A DNA stretch of 64,000 nt from a candidate division FCPU426 bacterium (GTDB lineage: Bacteria > Oederibacteriota > Muellerivitia > Muellerivitales > Muellerivitaceae): NCBI GenBank assembly GCA_963738405.1, contig CAVTWJ010000005.1, positions 32,001-96,000 on the forward strand. The letters are read 5' to 3'. The notes beneath the pieces are model-generated. The model was not told the DNA's origin and did no database searches. It was given only the letters and a program-made list of their open reading frames with translations. Positions 52,277 to 62,221 of this stretch are shown in pieces. Made by a program: the position numbers and the translations under genes. The stretch's first letter is position 1, and each line of letters opens with the position of its first letter.

Positions 52277-53871
52277 GGTTTTCGTCTTCCCGTAACCCAA
52301 ACCAACCCGCTCATTTTCATCCAACGGGCTAAAAGGTAATAAACCACCCCCCCGGCCAAAACCGGGAAGAGGAAATTCGTTACTCGAGGCCAGTACAATG
52401 GATTCTGAATGAGTAGTTCTCGAATCATCCATGCCACTATCCCCATGATGGCCGTGGCGAAAATAATTTTGATGCTTTCACTCCAAAGAAAAGCCCAATG
52501 AAGAGTTACTTTTACTTTTTTCAAATGTGTCAAAAGCCAGATTAAATTAACCAAGGACCCAACTCCTGAAGCGAGTGCCAGCCCCCAAAAACGCATATGA
52601 GAATCAGCCACAAACAGAAAACCTGCTAAGTTCAAACCTGCGTTAGATCCCATAGCCCAGAGAGAAGACACCACAGGTATTTTCGAATTCCCTTTTGCGT
52701 AAAAAGCGGGAAGAAGAATCTTGACACCGGTGGAACCAACCAACCCCAGGGCATAGATCGCAGTGGCCTCTGCAGATGCTTGGCTGGCTTCCGGGGTGAA
52801 CCGCCCATGCTGAAAGGCGAGAAGACAGGCCTCCTGAGCGGTAATCCAAATTCCGACTGTGCAGGGCACCATCACGAACAATCCTGCCGAGAGAGCTTTA
52901 GAAAGCGTATCCGCAAATTCCTCTCCTTTTTTCGATTTTGATAGGCGTGATAAAAGAGGGAATACAACAGTGGCAATGGAAACCCCGAAAATTCCATAAG
53001 GAAGCTGAAATAGGCGGTTTCCGTAATAAAGATATGTCACGTAACCCGTAGCAAGAAATGACGCAAAAAACTGGTTCACTAAAATGTTCACCTGCAAAAC
53101 CGAAGAACTCACGACGGCCGGGCCCATCAATCGTAACATCTCGGCAACGCCTTTATGGTTAGGAGGCCAACTCAACTTGAACCGAGCCCCCTCCCTATCT
53201 GCCGGAGGGATCTGAACCAACCATTGAAGGAGCATTCCAAGGGTCATTGAAAGGGTCCATAGCTGAACGTTGCGTATCTCCTCCATCGGAGTTTCCGCTT
53301 TAAAAACTTTCAGCAATAGAACACCCGCGATGATTTGAATGAGGTTCATGAAAACCGGAGCAAAGGCGGGCCAGGTGAACTTGTGGAGAGAGTTAAGGGT
53401 GCCCATCCAAAGGGCCGCCATGGAAACAAAGGCCAAAACAGGGAACAAAAACCGGGTCAATTGCACCGTGAGCGCGAACTTGTCCGGGGATTGGGTAAAG
53501 CCATGGGCAATCACCCAGACGATCTGGGGCGCAAAGAGGATTCCTAGGGCTGAGAGTCCACCTGTAACTAATAAAAGTAGGGTGAAGACCTGCGAAGCTA
53601 GTTTCCAGGCATCCTTCCGGTTTCTCAGACGTGAAGTCAGCGCGGGGATAAAGGCGTTGGATAAGGCCCCCTCAGCGAACAGGTCGCGAAGAAGGCTGGG
53701 AATGCGGATGGCCATGAAGTAGGAGTCCGACATCCATCCCGCGCCGAAAAGGGCGGCGTTGAGCTGGTCGCGCATGAAACCCGTGATCCGGCTGATGGAG
53801 GTAGCGAAGGTCACCAGTCGGAAATGCCCGCCCAGTCCCGATTGGGCCGCCGAGCCCTTGGAATCACCCAT
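52273..53871 (-). CDS. murJ: Lipid II flippase MurJ
   Basis: SRITGFMRD, IPSLLRDLFAEGA and RLFQLP.G.FG. Confidence 0.95.
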   Translation of the reverse strand: MGDSKGSAAQSGLGGHFRLVTFATSISRITGFMRDQLNAALFGAGWMSDSYFMAIRIPSLLRDLFAEGALSNAFIPALTSRLRNRKDAWKLASQVFTLLLLVTGGLSALGILFAPQIVWVIAHGFTQSPDKFALTVQLTRFLFPVLAFVSMAALWMGTLNSLHKFTWPAFAPVFMNLIQIIAGVLLLKVFKAETPMEEIRNVQLWTLSMTLGMLLQWLVQIPPADREGARFKLSWPPNHKGVAEMLRLMGPAVVSSSVLQVNILVNQFFASFLATGYVTYLYYGNRLFQLPYGIFGVSIATVVFPLLSRLSKSKKGEEFADTLSKALSAGLFVMVPCTVGIWITAQEACLLAFQHGRFTPEASQASAEATAIYALGLVGSTGVKILLPAFYAKGNSKIPVVSSLWAMGSNAGLNLAGFLFVADSHMRFWGLALASGVGSLVNLIWLLTHLKKVKVTLHWAFLWSESIKIIFATAIMGIVAWMIRELLIQNPLYWPRVTNFLFPVLAGGVVYYLLARWMKMSGLVWVTGRRKP

Positions 53872-53945
53872 TGTTGACAGCCCCCCTGCCTTCTATTAAT
53901 ATGTGCCCTCGTTTTTCATTGCCTGTAAAAACCGTTGGAGGATCC

Positions 53946-54206
53946 ATGCCGCTTATTAAGTCCGCGATTAAAGATGTCCGCCGCACCGAACGCCGCACTA
54001 TTCGCAATTCCGCCGAGAAAAACCGCATCCGCACCGCCATGAAAGCCGTCCGCAACGCCAAGACCGCCGAAGAAGCCAAGAAGAACCTCGTGACCGCCAT
54101 CAAGACCCTGGACAAGGCCTGGTCCCATGGGATTTACAAGCGCAATACCGCTTCCCGCCACGCCGCCCGTCTTTCGGCTTTCGTGGCCAAGAAGTTCAAA
54201 GCCTAA
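53946..54206 (+). CDS. rpsT: 30S ribosomal protein bS20
   Basis: IKSAIK..RN..KNRIRT..LDKA..G..RNTASR. Confidence 0.95.
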   Translation: MPLIKSAIKDVRRTERRTIRNSAEKNRIRTAMKAVRNAKTAEEAKKNLVTAIKTLDKAWSHGIYKRNTASRHAARLSAFVAKKFKA

Positions 54207-54230
54207 TCTCAACTCCCTTTTCGTTTCACT

Positions 54231-54264
54231 AAAAGGCGTTCGTTACCCAACGAACGCCTTTTTT
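54231..54264. terminator. Bidirectional terminator between rpsT and holA
   Basis: AAAAGGCGTTCG..CGAACGCCTTTTTT. Confidence 0.8.
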
Positions 54265-55291
54265 ATTTTCGGTATACCCCTGCTTTCGACGGCGCAGTCC
54301 ATTTCAATAGCCATGTTTCCAAAGCAACGGACACCGCATCCTTGCCCAGCCGCCCGGTTACCATCCCCGCTTGAAGGTGAATTAAATCCCTCAGAGCCTC
54401 TTTTAATTCCGACGCCTTGTACTTGCCACTTTGATCCCATAACACCTTAACCCGGTAGGGGTTCAAACCCATCTGGGAAGAGAGTGCCCCTTGGTCTAAG
54501 CCCTTGGCGCGTCCCATACACATCCCCAGTAATTCCCTGACCCTTCCATAAAGCAAAGCCAAGGTTCCGGGGTCGGGGCCTCCCGGCATTTGGGAAAGCA
54601 TCCGCAGAGCCTTTTCCCCCTGCCTTGAACCCACGGCGTCCAAAAAGGGAAAAACCTCGGCCTCAACCCCGGGAGCCGGCAGTTCTTTCACATCCTCCGT
54701 CGTGGCACTTTTTCGGGGATGGATCATCAGGGCCAGCTGTTCCAAGGCCCTTTTCAGATAGGCCAAGTCCGGGCCGATTTTTTGCACCAAAAGCTGGGAA
54801 GCGTCTTCTGGCAGTGCAAGCCCCAAAGTCTGAGCCTCGACCTTGACCATGGCGGGGATTTTCCAATCGGGTATTTCGGAGCATTGCACTGCCCAACCTG
54901 ACCGCTCGAAGGCATTGACGGCTTTGGCGTTTTTGCGCAATCCTTCGGCGAGAAAGATCAAATAAGACGACCCATTCAAATTGGCGGCGTAATCCTTAAG
55001 CCGTTCCACTGCATCATCCGACCTTCCGCCCAGGAATTTTTCGGCCCGTTTGACAGTGAGAAGTTGGCTTTGGGAAAAAAGCGAGACCGTTTGAGCCGCG
55101 TTGAGCACATCGCCGATGGAATGTACCCCGCCCTCAAAAATCTGATACTCGGCTTGGGGATTGGCCAGATCAAAGGCCTTTTTGTAGGCTTGAACCCCTT
55201 CGGAAATCACACCCTCGGCTTCGCCGAATAGCAAAACCAGGTTGGCCAGGGGGCCCTTTTTGAGCCGGGATTGGAAATCGTCAAAGTACAA
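54263..55291 (-). CDS. holA: DNA polymerase III delta subunit
   Basis: LLFGE, SLF and overall size; leuS-lptE-holA-rpsT context. Confidence 0.85.
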   Translation of the reverse strand: MYFDDFQSRLKKGPLANLVLLFGEAEGVISEGVQAYKKAFDLANPQAEYQIFEGGVHSIGDVLNAAQTVSLFSQSQLLTVKRAEKFLGGRSDDAVERLKDYAANLNGSSYLIFLAEGLRKNAKAVNAFERSGWAVQCSEIPDWKIPAMVKVEAQTLGLALPEDASQLLVQKIGPDLAYLKRALEQLALMIHPRKSATTEDVKELPAPGVEAEVFPFLDAVGSRQGEKALRMLSQMPGGPDPGTLALLYGRVRELLGMCMGRAKGLDQGALSSQMGLNPYRVKVLWDQSGKYKASELKEALRDLIHLQAGMVTGRLGKDAVSVALETWLLKWTAPSKAGVYRK

Positions 55292-55309
55292 AGGTTGCCC
55301 CTATTTCGT

Positions 55310-56050
55310 TCATTCCAAACCCTGGGGTATTTGCTGAATGGGCTGGGCGTTCAATCCCGGAATGGAAAAGGTGGAGGGGCCGGAAGGGGCCGGGGCGCTC
55401 TGGGCGGAAGGCGTTCCCATGGGAATAATTCCCTGAGGCGCTTTGGGCGCCTGTGCCTTCACGTAAAAGAAAGTGATGCCTACCAGCTGCCCATCCACAA
55501 TCAAGTGAATGGTGTAGAGGCCCACATCCTTAGGCAAACCCGTCTGGCCGAATTGCGCGTTCATGTCGTTCATGTCGGCGGTGGCAGTAACTAAATACCA
55601 TTGGTAGGTTTGGTTTTCGATGGTCAGGAGGCGGTCAGTGAATCCCACCGTAAATTCCTGGTCGTGCTTTAAAATTTTGAACCCTAAGGGATTGTAGATT
55701 TCAACCGACACCGTGTGGATTCGGCTGGCGGGCTTCATGAGAAAGTAGGCGAAATAATTGATCTGCTGGTTTTTATCCAGGTAGAAGTAATTGACGCTGT
55801 CCGCTGGATATTCGTTGACGATCTTGGAGCAGGTGATCATGTGGCTCACCACAACCTCCTGGTTGGGTGCGGGGGCGGCAGAAGGCCCAGCGCCGGGCGC
55901 GTCGGTGACTACGTTTCCCGTCTGGCTTTGAGGGGCGTTTTTGGGGATGCCCCCCGTGATCCATTGCAGGTCGGCCCAGGCGGTTGAGACCCAAACCAGT
56001 GCGCCGACCAGTGCTATACCCTTGAGGATATTTAAGTTTTTCATTTCCAT
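55310..56050 (-). CDS. Exported hypothetical protein, Ig-like core
   Basis: Signal peptide (AWA); beta-rich core ending GLYTIHLIVDG; P/A-rich flanks. Confidence 0.7.
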   Translation of the reverse strand: MEMKNLNILKGIALVGALVWVSTAWADLQWITGGIPKNAPQSQTGNVVTDAPGAGPSAAPAPNQEVVVSHMITCSKIVNEYPADSVNYFYLDKNQQINYFAYFLMKPASRIHTVSVEIYNPLGFKILKHDQEFTVGFTDRLLTIENQTYQWYLVTATADMNDMNAQFGQTGLPKDVGLYTIHLIVDGQLVGITFFYVKAQAPKAPQGIIPMGTPSAQSAPAPSGPSTFSIPGLNAQPIQQIPQGLE

Positions 56051-56082
56051 TCCCTTTCGGCCCGGGTTTCACAATATCAACA

Positions 56083-56703
56083 TCAGTTCCCCTGCAAAAC
56101 CCTTTCAACCACCCGCCGGGCCATATCCTGCTCCAATTGCTGGAGGGCCTGGTCCCGGGTTTGGGGGATGGCCCCCACATTGTAAGTCGTGTAGTAATAA
56201 ACGCTGTCGGTCAGGCCTGTGACTTCCGTCAGGGTCTTGTTTTCCACGTGGTCCAGGGCCACGGCGTCGTAATCGAGTGAAATCAGGTACTGCAAAACCG
56301 CGTTGGTTTTGGGGTCCTGAACCTGCGGTGTTTCGCTGTACTTTTTGATCGTCACCTTCACCACCATGTCCGAATGGTCCGGGTCCTCAATGCCGACCCG
56401 CCCATCCAGTTGAAATTGCTGGATCAGGTTTTGAGTGAGGGCCGTATCCAAACCGAACCAGCTGGTTCGGTTTTCAGTCGGCGCGACCCCGACGGTTTTA
56501 ATATAGGACGGAATAATCATAATGGAGGGACGGCACCCCGACAAAATAAACCCTGTCACCACCAAGACACCAAGACACCAAGAAAGACAAAATGTTTTAG
56601 ATCTATATCTTTTAAAACCGTTTAAACCTTTACGTTTTTTCTCAATAAATGTTTCCTTGGTGTCTTGGTGCCTTGGTGGTGGAATGGGCGTTGTCTTTTT
56701 CAT
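56083..56703 (-). CDS. lptE: LptE-family lipoprotein with extended signal peptide
   Basis: ATGA overlap with the leuS stop, lipobox LSGC, IKTVGV..ENRT pattern and gene context. Confidence 0.8.
   Translation of the reverse strand: MKKTTPIPPPRHQDTKETFIEKKRKGLNGFKRYRSKTFCLSWCLGVLVVTGFILSGCRPSIMIIPSYIKTVGVAPTENRTSWFGLDTALTQNLIQQFQLDGRVGIEDPDHSDMVVKVTIKKYSETPQVQDPKTNAVLQYLISLDYDAVALDHVENKTLTEVTGLTDSVYYYTTYNVGAIPQTRDQALQQLEQDMARRVVERVLQGN
56557..56681. repeat. CCAAG-family palindromic element inside the lptE 5' coding region
   Basis: CACCACCAAGACACCAAGACACCAAG ... CTTGGTGTCTTGGTGCCTTGGTGGTG. Confidence 0.92.
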
Positions 56704-59204
56704 GCGGGCCTCACAATGAAATTCGCCAGCTTGTCCTGAACCCAGATCAATTTTTGGACCTTTGATCCTTCGAGACATTTCAGCACCTTTTCATCCATTT
56801 CCAAAAGAACCTTCACCTTCGATTCGTCAATTCCCATCGGGACCGTCAAGCGGGAGCGCAATTTCCCGTTGATTTGAACCGCAATCTCCACCACGTCCGC
56901 CTTGAGCCAGGCGGGGTCGTGGGAGGGCCAACCCCCAGCGAAAAGTCCGCCTTCTTTGCCCAAGCCCTTCCACATTTCCTCGGCGATATGGGGGGTGAAA
57001 GGGCCCATCAGCCTCACCAAGGCTTCCAGCGCTTCCCGGATTAAAGAAGTTTTAGCGTCTTCCTTGTCTTTATAGTCGGTCAGCAAGTTGAGCAGTTCCA
57101 TCATAGCGCTGATGGCGGTATTAAACCGGAACCCCCCCACCATGTCCTCGCTCACCTTGGCGATGGTTTGGTGGGTTTTGCGTTTCAGTTCCTTATCGGC
57201 GTCGGTCGACGCTTCCGGCTTACCGTTTGTCGCCGCGTCCAAACGTGATAGAAATTCCTGGTAAAGCTTCCAGACCCTATTCAAGAAACGGAAGCCACCT
57301 TCAACCGCCCGATCGTCCCATTCGACATCCCTTTCAGGGGGGCCGATAAAGAGGGTATAGAGGCGGAAGGTATCGGAGCCGTATTTGTTAATCAAGTCAT
57401 CCGGCTGTACCGAGTTGCCCTTACTTTTGGACATCTTGACCCCACCCTTGGTGATCATGCCCTGTGTAAAGAGACGGGCGAAGGGTTCGTCGAAATTAAT
57501 AAAACCCTGGTCTTTTAGGACCTTGGTGATGAAACGGGAATACAGAAGATGCAGGATGGCGTGTTCCACCCCGCCGATATATTGGTCCACGGGAAGCCAT
57601 TGGTTAACGGTTTTCTTGTCGAAGGCCTGGCCGGAATCCTTGGCGGAGACATAGCGCATGTAATACCAACTGGAATCGACAAAGGTATCCATGGTGTCGG
57701 TTTCACGCCGGGCCATGCCCCCGCACTTGGGGCAGGTGGTATTGACGAATTCGGGAATGCTTTTTAAGGGGGATTCGCCGGTCGGTTTAAACTCCACCGC
57801 ACGGGGCAGCTTCACCGGCAGGTCCTTGTCGGGAACCGGAATCCAGCCATCCTTCTCGCAATGGATCATCGGGATAGGAGCGCCCCAATAACGCTGGCGG
57901 GAAATCAGCCAGTCCCGAAGGCGGTAGGTGACCGCTTCTTTCCCCAGACCCTTTTCCTTGAGCCATTCGGACATTTTCTTTTTGGCTTGCGATACGGATA
58001 ACCCATCCAAGAAACCGGAATTGATCAACTTGCCGTCGTCGGTATAGGGTTCGGCTTGCGGATCATAAACATGGCTTTCGGCCTTCCAAGCATGCTTGAC
58101 CTCGTCGGTAGGGTCGATGACCTGGATGATATGGATGTTATATTTCTTGGCGAATTCAAAGTCGCGGGTGTCGTGGGCCGGAACCGCCATGATGGCCCCC
58201 GTGCCGTAATTGGTCAGCACATAGTTGGCGATGAAGATGGGTATGGCCTTGCCGTTGACCGGGTTCGTGGCCTTCACGCCGATATCCATACCCAGTTTCT
58301 CGGCATTTTCGCCGATTCGGTCTGTGGAGCTTTGTTTTTTCACCTTCTCCACAAAGGCCTTTACTTCGCCTTCCTGGGGTTTGCCTTTCACGAGCGGCAG
58401 GACCAGGGGGTGTTCGGGTGCCAGCACCATATAGGTGGCTCCAAACAAGGTATCGGGACGAGTGGTGAAGACGGTGATGGTTTCGCCCGATCCTTCCACC
58501 TTGAAATCAACCTCGGCACCTTCGCTTTTGCCGATCCAGTTTTTCTGCATGGTCTTGACCCGGTCGGGCCAGTTTTCGAGCCGGTCGATATCTTTCAAAA
58601 GCCTTTCGGCGTAGGCGGTAATTTTAAAAAACCATTGTTCCAGGTCCTTTTGCTCCACTTCCGAATCGCAGCGCTCGCAATGGCCATCCGTCACCTGCTC
58701 GTTGGCCAAAACCGTCATGCAGGAGGGACACCAGTTCACATAGGCTTTCTTGCGGTAGGCCAGCCCCTTTTCGTAGAGGCGCAAGAAGATCCACTGGGTC
58801 CAGCGGTAGTAATCGGGAAGGCAGGAAACCACCTCTTTATCCCAGTCGTAGCCCATGCCCCAGTCGTAGAACTGGCCCTTCATGCGCTCGATATTCTTGA
58901 GGGTCCAATCTTCGGGGTGGATTCCCTTTTGAATGGCGGCGTTTTCGGCCGGTAACCCGAAAGCGTCAAAACCCATGGGGTTCAGGACGTTATGGCCCTT
59001 GGCCCGGAAGTAGCGGAAAACCGCGTCCCCGATGATGTAGTTGCGTCCGTGGCCGGCGTGGAGAAAGTCCCCTGAAGGGTAAGGAAACATGACCAGGGTG
59101 TAATACTTGTTTTCAGGTTTGGACAGGTCGCAGGCAAAGACTTTGGCGTCTTTCCAGTGGCGTTTCCAGCGTTGTTCGATTTCGGCGAAGTTATAGGCTT
59201 CCAT
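56700..59204 (-). CDS. leuS: Leucine-tRNA ligase
   Basis: MFPYPSG..HAGH, TTRPDT, SRQRYWG and KMSKS. Confidence 0.98.
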   Translation of the reverse strand: MEAYNFAEIEQRWKRHWKDAKVFACDLSKPENKYYTLVMFPYPSGDFLHAGHGRNYIIGDAVFRYFRAKGHNVLNPMGFDAFGLPAENAAIQKGIHPEDWTLKNIERMKGQFYDWGMGYDWDKEVVSCLPDYYRWTQWIFLRLYEKGLAYRKKAYVNWCPSCMTVLANEQVTDGHCERCDSEVEQKDLEQWFFKITAYAERLLKDIDRLENWPDRVKTMQKNWIGKSEGAEVDFKVEGSGETITVFTTRPDTLFGATYMVLAPEHPLVLPLVKGKPQEGEVKAFVEKVKKQSSTDRIGENAEKLGMDIGVKATNPVNGKAIPIFIANYVLTNYGTGAIMAVPAHDTRDFEFAKKYNIHIIQVIDPTDEVKHAWKAESHVYDPQAEPYTDDGKLINSGFLDGLSVSQAKKKMSEWLKEKGLGKEAVTYRLRDWLISRQRYWGAPIPMIHCEKDGWIPVPDKDLPVKLPRAVEFKPTGESPLKSIPEFVNTTCPKCGGMARRETDTMDTFVDSSWYYMRYVSAKDSGQAFDKKTVNQWLPVDQYIGGVEHAILHLLYSRFITKVLKDQGFINFDEPFARLFTQGMITKGGVKMSKSKGNSVQPDDLINKYGSDTFRLYTLFIGPPERDVEWDDRAVEGGFRFLNRVWKLYQEFLSRLDAATNGKPEASTDADKELKRKTHQTIAKVSEDMVGGFRFNTAISAMMELLNLLTDYKDKEDAKTSLIREALEALVRLMGPFTPHIAEEMWKGLGKEGGLFAGGWPSHDPAWLKADVVEIAVQINGKLRSRLTVPMGIDESKVKVLLEMDEKVLKCLEGSKVQKLIWVQDKLANFIVRPA

Positions 59205-59311
59205 GGATTTCCTTGATTTTGTGTGGGAAAAGAGGGTTGATTATAGCCAACCCCTTCCCGGCTGTCAGTATTTGGAAAAAGCGAGGAATCAAAAAACGGA
59301 AGGCAAAAACC

Positions 59312-60001
59312 CTATTCCATCCCCAAGCGGTTGATATCCACCGACTCAAGGATTGGCTTATCCACCAGTCCACGAGCCGCCTTCAACATGGTCCGGCCCA
59401 ACCTTTCGGAGGTGGTGATAAATTGGGGAAAGATGGGAAGAAAGATCGTTAAAAGAGGACCAGCTACGGTGTAAAAAAGTTGGTACCACCCGGTTTTTGA
59501 ACGGACGCCCTTAATGGGTTTGATTCCTCCTGGGCGGACCATCACCGCCGGTTTGAATTTCATGGACAAAAGCTTGTTTTCGATGCGCCCCTTCACACGA
59601 GCCCACATCACAGGCCCCTTTTCCGTACTGTCGGTGGCTTGGCCCGATACATAGCAAAAGCTCATGCTGGGGTTTAATTTGAGAAGGGTTTGGGCCGCGG
59701 AAAGGGTCAGGTCGTAAGTGATTTTAGTGTAAGCCGCCTCATCCAGCCCCACCGAGGTAGCGCCGAGAGCGAAGAGACAGCTGTTGTAACCCCGCAGTTT
59801 GGCCTTCACCGGCTCGAAATTAAAAAAGTCTTTTACCAGCAATTCTTTTAATTTGGGATGGCTTCGCCCGCAGGATGTCCGCCCGACGGCCAAAACCCTT
59901 TCCACGCCCGGATCGTCCAGGCAGGTCCGAAGGACGCCAGAGCCGATCATTCCCGTTGCGCCAAAGAGCACAACTTTCAATTTTTTATTCGCGGATTTCA
60001 T
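59312..60001 (-). CDS. NAD(P)-binding epimerase-like oxidoreductase
   Basis: FGATGMIG Rossmann motif, WARVKG and RPG. Confidence 0.85.
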   Translation of the reverse strand: MKSANKKLKVVLFGATGMIGSGVLRTCLDDPGVERVLAVGRTSCGRSHPKLKELLVKDFFNFEPVKAKLRGYNSCLFALGATSVGLDEAAYTKITYDLTLSAAQTLLKLNPSMSFCYVSGQATDSTEKGPVMWARVKGRIENKLLSMKFKPAVMVRPGGIKPIKGVRSKTGWYQLFYTVAGPLLTIFLPIFPQFITTSERLGRTMLKAARGLVDKPILESVDINRLGME

Positions 60002-60008
60002 TGAAGGC

Positions 60009-60746
60009 TCAATTCACGAGGTGCCTGCGGGAAAATGTCACCGTCACCAAAAGGAAAAGGCTGTAGAGGGAGAAAAGTCCCAGGATGAGGGAGGACTGGT
60101 TTTTGGCCAGGGAAATCATGGCCGCCGAGATCCAGGGGGTGAAGATCAATTCATGGTGAACAAGATCCGTCCAGGCCCGGAAAGACTGGTAAAAATCCAC
60201 CACGAACCAGGCGTGGATCAGAGGCACCATCCAGACCGCATTTTTGGACCCGCCCAACAAGGATGTAGCGGCCAGAAAAAAAAGAAAACCGGACCCAACC
60301 CAATAAACCAGGGGCCAGGGTGCGGGAAGCTCTATTCCAACAACCACCGCCCTGCCCAGAAAGGTCCATCCGCTTAAAAACATGAGGGAAAGGGTTAAAT
60401 CCACCACGCCCCCAAAAACCAGAAAGGCGTTCAAAACCAGCTTGGGATGAAGCACTTGAATATCCGCCACCACATGGCTGGAGGAGGAAGTCATGTACCG
60501 GATCCCCAGGATAAATTCCCCTGCGGTGGGGATCAGGCGGTCCCGGCACCACAAAACCTCAGCGAACCACAGGAAAAGGGTGATGGACAACCAATAGGCC
60601 TGTCCATTGAAGGTAAAGCAGGCTACCCAGGCCAGAAAGGCCGAAAACAAAAGGTCCACGTAATAACCCGCCAGCTGACGGATCGACCCGGGGCGGGGGC
60701 TTTTTTTCTTGGGGTCGGTATGGGTGGTGGTCGTGGCGTCCGTCAT
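60009..60746 (-). CDS. Hypothetical integral membrane protein
   Basis: Multiple TM segments; ATGA overlap with the upstream gene. Confidence 0.65.
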   Translation of the reverse strand: MTDATTTTHTDPKKKSPRPGSIRQLAGYYVDLLFSAFLAWVACFTFNGQAYWLSITLFLWFAEVLWCRDRLIPTAGEFILGIRYMTSSSSHVVADIQVLHPKLVLNAFLVFGGVVDLTLSLMFLSGWTFLGRAVVVGIELPAPWPLVYWVGSGFLFFLAATSLLGGSKNAVWMVPLIHAWFVVDFYQSFRAWTDLVHHELIFTPWISAAMISLAKNQSSLILGLFSLYSLFLLVTVTFSRRHLVN

Positions 60747-61219
60747 GATTGATTTAAACTCAAGAGCATGGCTACCTCGTCGCAATCCGTGAATTTGGCG
60801 CAATGGACGCAATCACCCCATATTTTCTGGGGGAGCGTCAATTTTTCAACCTTCTTAAAACCCAGCTTCTCGAAAAACTCGATCTGATAGGTCAGGGCAA
60901 AAATTCTTTGCAGCCTCATGTCTTTGGCGTCCGTCAGGCAAAAATCGACCAACCGGCGCCCCACCCCCTTGCCCTTCCAGTCTTCCCGAACGGCCAGGCT
61001 CCTGATTTCAGCCAAATCTTCCCCCACAGCATGAAGGGCTACCACGCCTGAGAGGGGTGCCCCCTCCCCCTCCTCTGCCACGGCAAAATCCCTGATTTTA
61101 TCAATGACTTGGGCATAGGGTCTTGGCAGAAGGAGGCCTTGGGAAGAATAGGTGGCGATCAGGTTCAGAATGGCCCGAGTGTCGGACGGCCTGGCCTTGC
61201 GGAGAATGGGATGAGTCAT
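60743..61219 (-). CDS. GNAT acetyltransferase, short ArgA-like
   Basis: LLPR, LAEIRSLAV, GVG, FALT..FF and LPQKIWGDC..C. Confidence 0.88.
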   Translation of the reverse strand: MTHPILRKARPSDTRAILNLIATYSSQGLLLPRPYAQVIDKIRDFAVAEEGEGAPLSGVVALHAVGEDLAEIRSLAVREDWKGKGVGRRLVDFCLTDAKDMRLQRIFALTYQIEFFEKLGFKKVEKLTLPQKIWGDCVHCAKFTDCDEVAMLLSLNQS

Positions 61220-61232
61220 GGGCCCCTATAAT

Positions 61233-61274
61233 AAAAAAAGCTGGCCTCCCAATCCAAGGGAAACCAGCTTTTTT
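61233..61274 (-). terminator. Intrinsic terminator
   Basis: AAAAAAAGCTGG..CCAGCTTTTT. Confidence 0.7.
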
Positions 61275-61286
61275 AAAAGGTTTATC

Positions 61287-62171
61287 TTATTCGGAAATGA
61301 ACACCACGCCGCCGCCGAGGAATAATCCGACCGCGCCGCCCAAATCCAATCCAGCAAAGGCTTGGAGTTGAACATCTTTTCCGGTACGGATACCCACCAA
61401 GAGGGGCGTACCACCCGCCCCGTTGTAAACCAATCCGTTGGTCGCCAATTCGCCGAAACCCGTCAACTCGGAGCTGAAGGGATATGCCACGCCCAAGTCC
61501 AATTGGAAATAAGAAAAACTGTACGAAACCGAATGGGTTCCGGTATAGGGAGGGACAATATTCGGAACGGTGTTGCTGTAGGTTTGAACGTACAAGCCCA
61601 GTTTCCCATTCAATTGCAAACCATCTGGCAGAGTGTACGTAATGACGCCATAGGGATCGAATGCAAAGGCCGAATAGCCATAAAGGTTGTTCGACAAGGG
61701 ACCGAGTGAGAAATCCAGTCCAGCGGCAACATTAAGATTGTCCGTGTCGCCCACATTCTTGAACCCGTATTTCCCGCCAAAATTCAGAAAGTAAATACCG
61801 CTGGCGCCTCCTGCCGTGAAAAAGGAGGTATTAACATTGACCAGGATCTTGTCGGTGATCCCATAGGATACCCCTACCGGAATTTGAAGCGCACTGCCCC
61901 AGGTATCAAATGCCAAATGGGCCCCGCCCATCCACTGCCCCTGGTTCAATACGGTCGCGGTGTCGCCGATGATGTAACCGGGCTTGCCGCTCAGGTTGGC
62001 ACCGTCGATTACACTTTTTTCCCCTTCTTCCACGTGCTTCCTGTGATGAACGGCAGGTTTTTCCTCGGCGGCTTTCTTCTTTTTCGTCGCCGCAGCGGCT
62101 GGCGAAAGGCCCAGGCTTAAAGCGAAGATCACGGACAAGACCAACAAAGCCAAACGGTTCCAAAGCTTCAT
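61287..62171 (-). CDS. Putative outer-membrane beta-barrel protein
   Basis: Signal peptide, Lys-rich linker, Gly/aromatic alternating strands. Confidence 0.7.
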   Translation of the reverse strand: MKLWNRLALLVLSVIFALSLGLSPAAAATKKKKAAEEKPAVHHRKHVEEGEKSVIDGANLSGKPGYIIGDTATVLNQGQWMGGAHLAFDTWGSALQIPVGVSYGITDKILVNVNTSFFTAGGASGIYFLNFGGKYGFKNVGDTDNLNVAAGLDFSLGPLSNNLYGYSAFAFDPYGVITYTLPDGLQLNGKLGLYVQTYSNTVPNIVPPYTGTHSVSYSFSYFQLDLGVAYPFSSELTGFGELATNGLVYNGAGGTPLLVGIRTGKDVQLQAFAGLDLGGAVGLFLGGGVVFISE

Positions 62172-62221
62172 GTTTAATCCCCCGGATATTAATATTTTTT
62201 GCGGCTATTTCGGTTTGTAGC

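Noticed and set aside
52277..52432. Long overlap between the ligase-like ORF and murJ
   Set aside because: A GTGA-coupled start at 52276 explains it.
58056..58955. 299-aa plus-strand ORF
   Set aside because: Antisense shadow of leuS.
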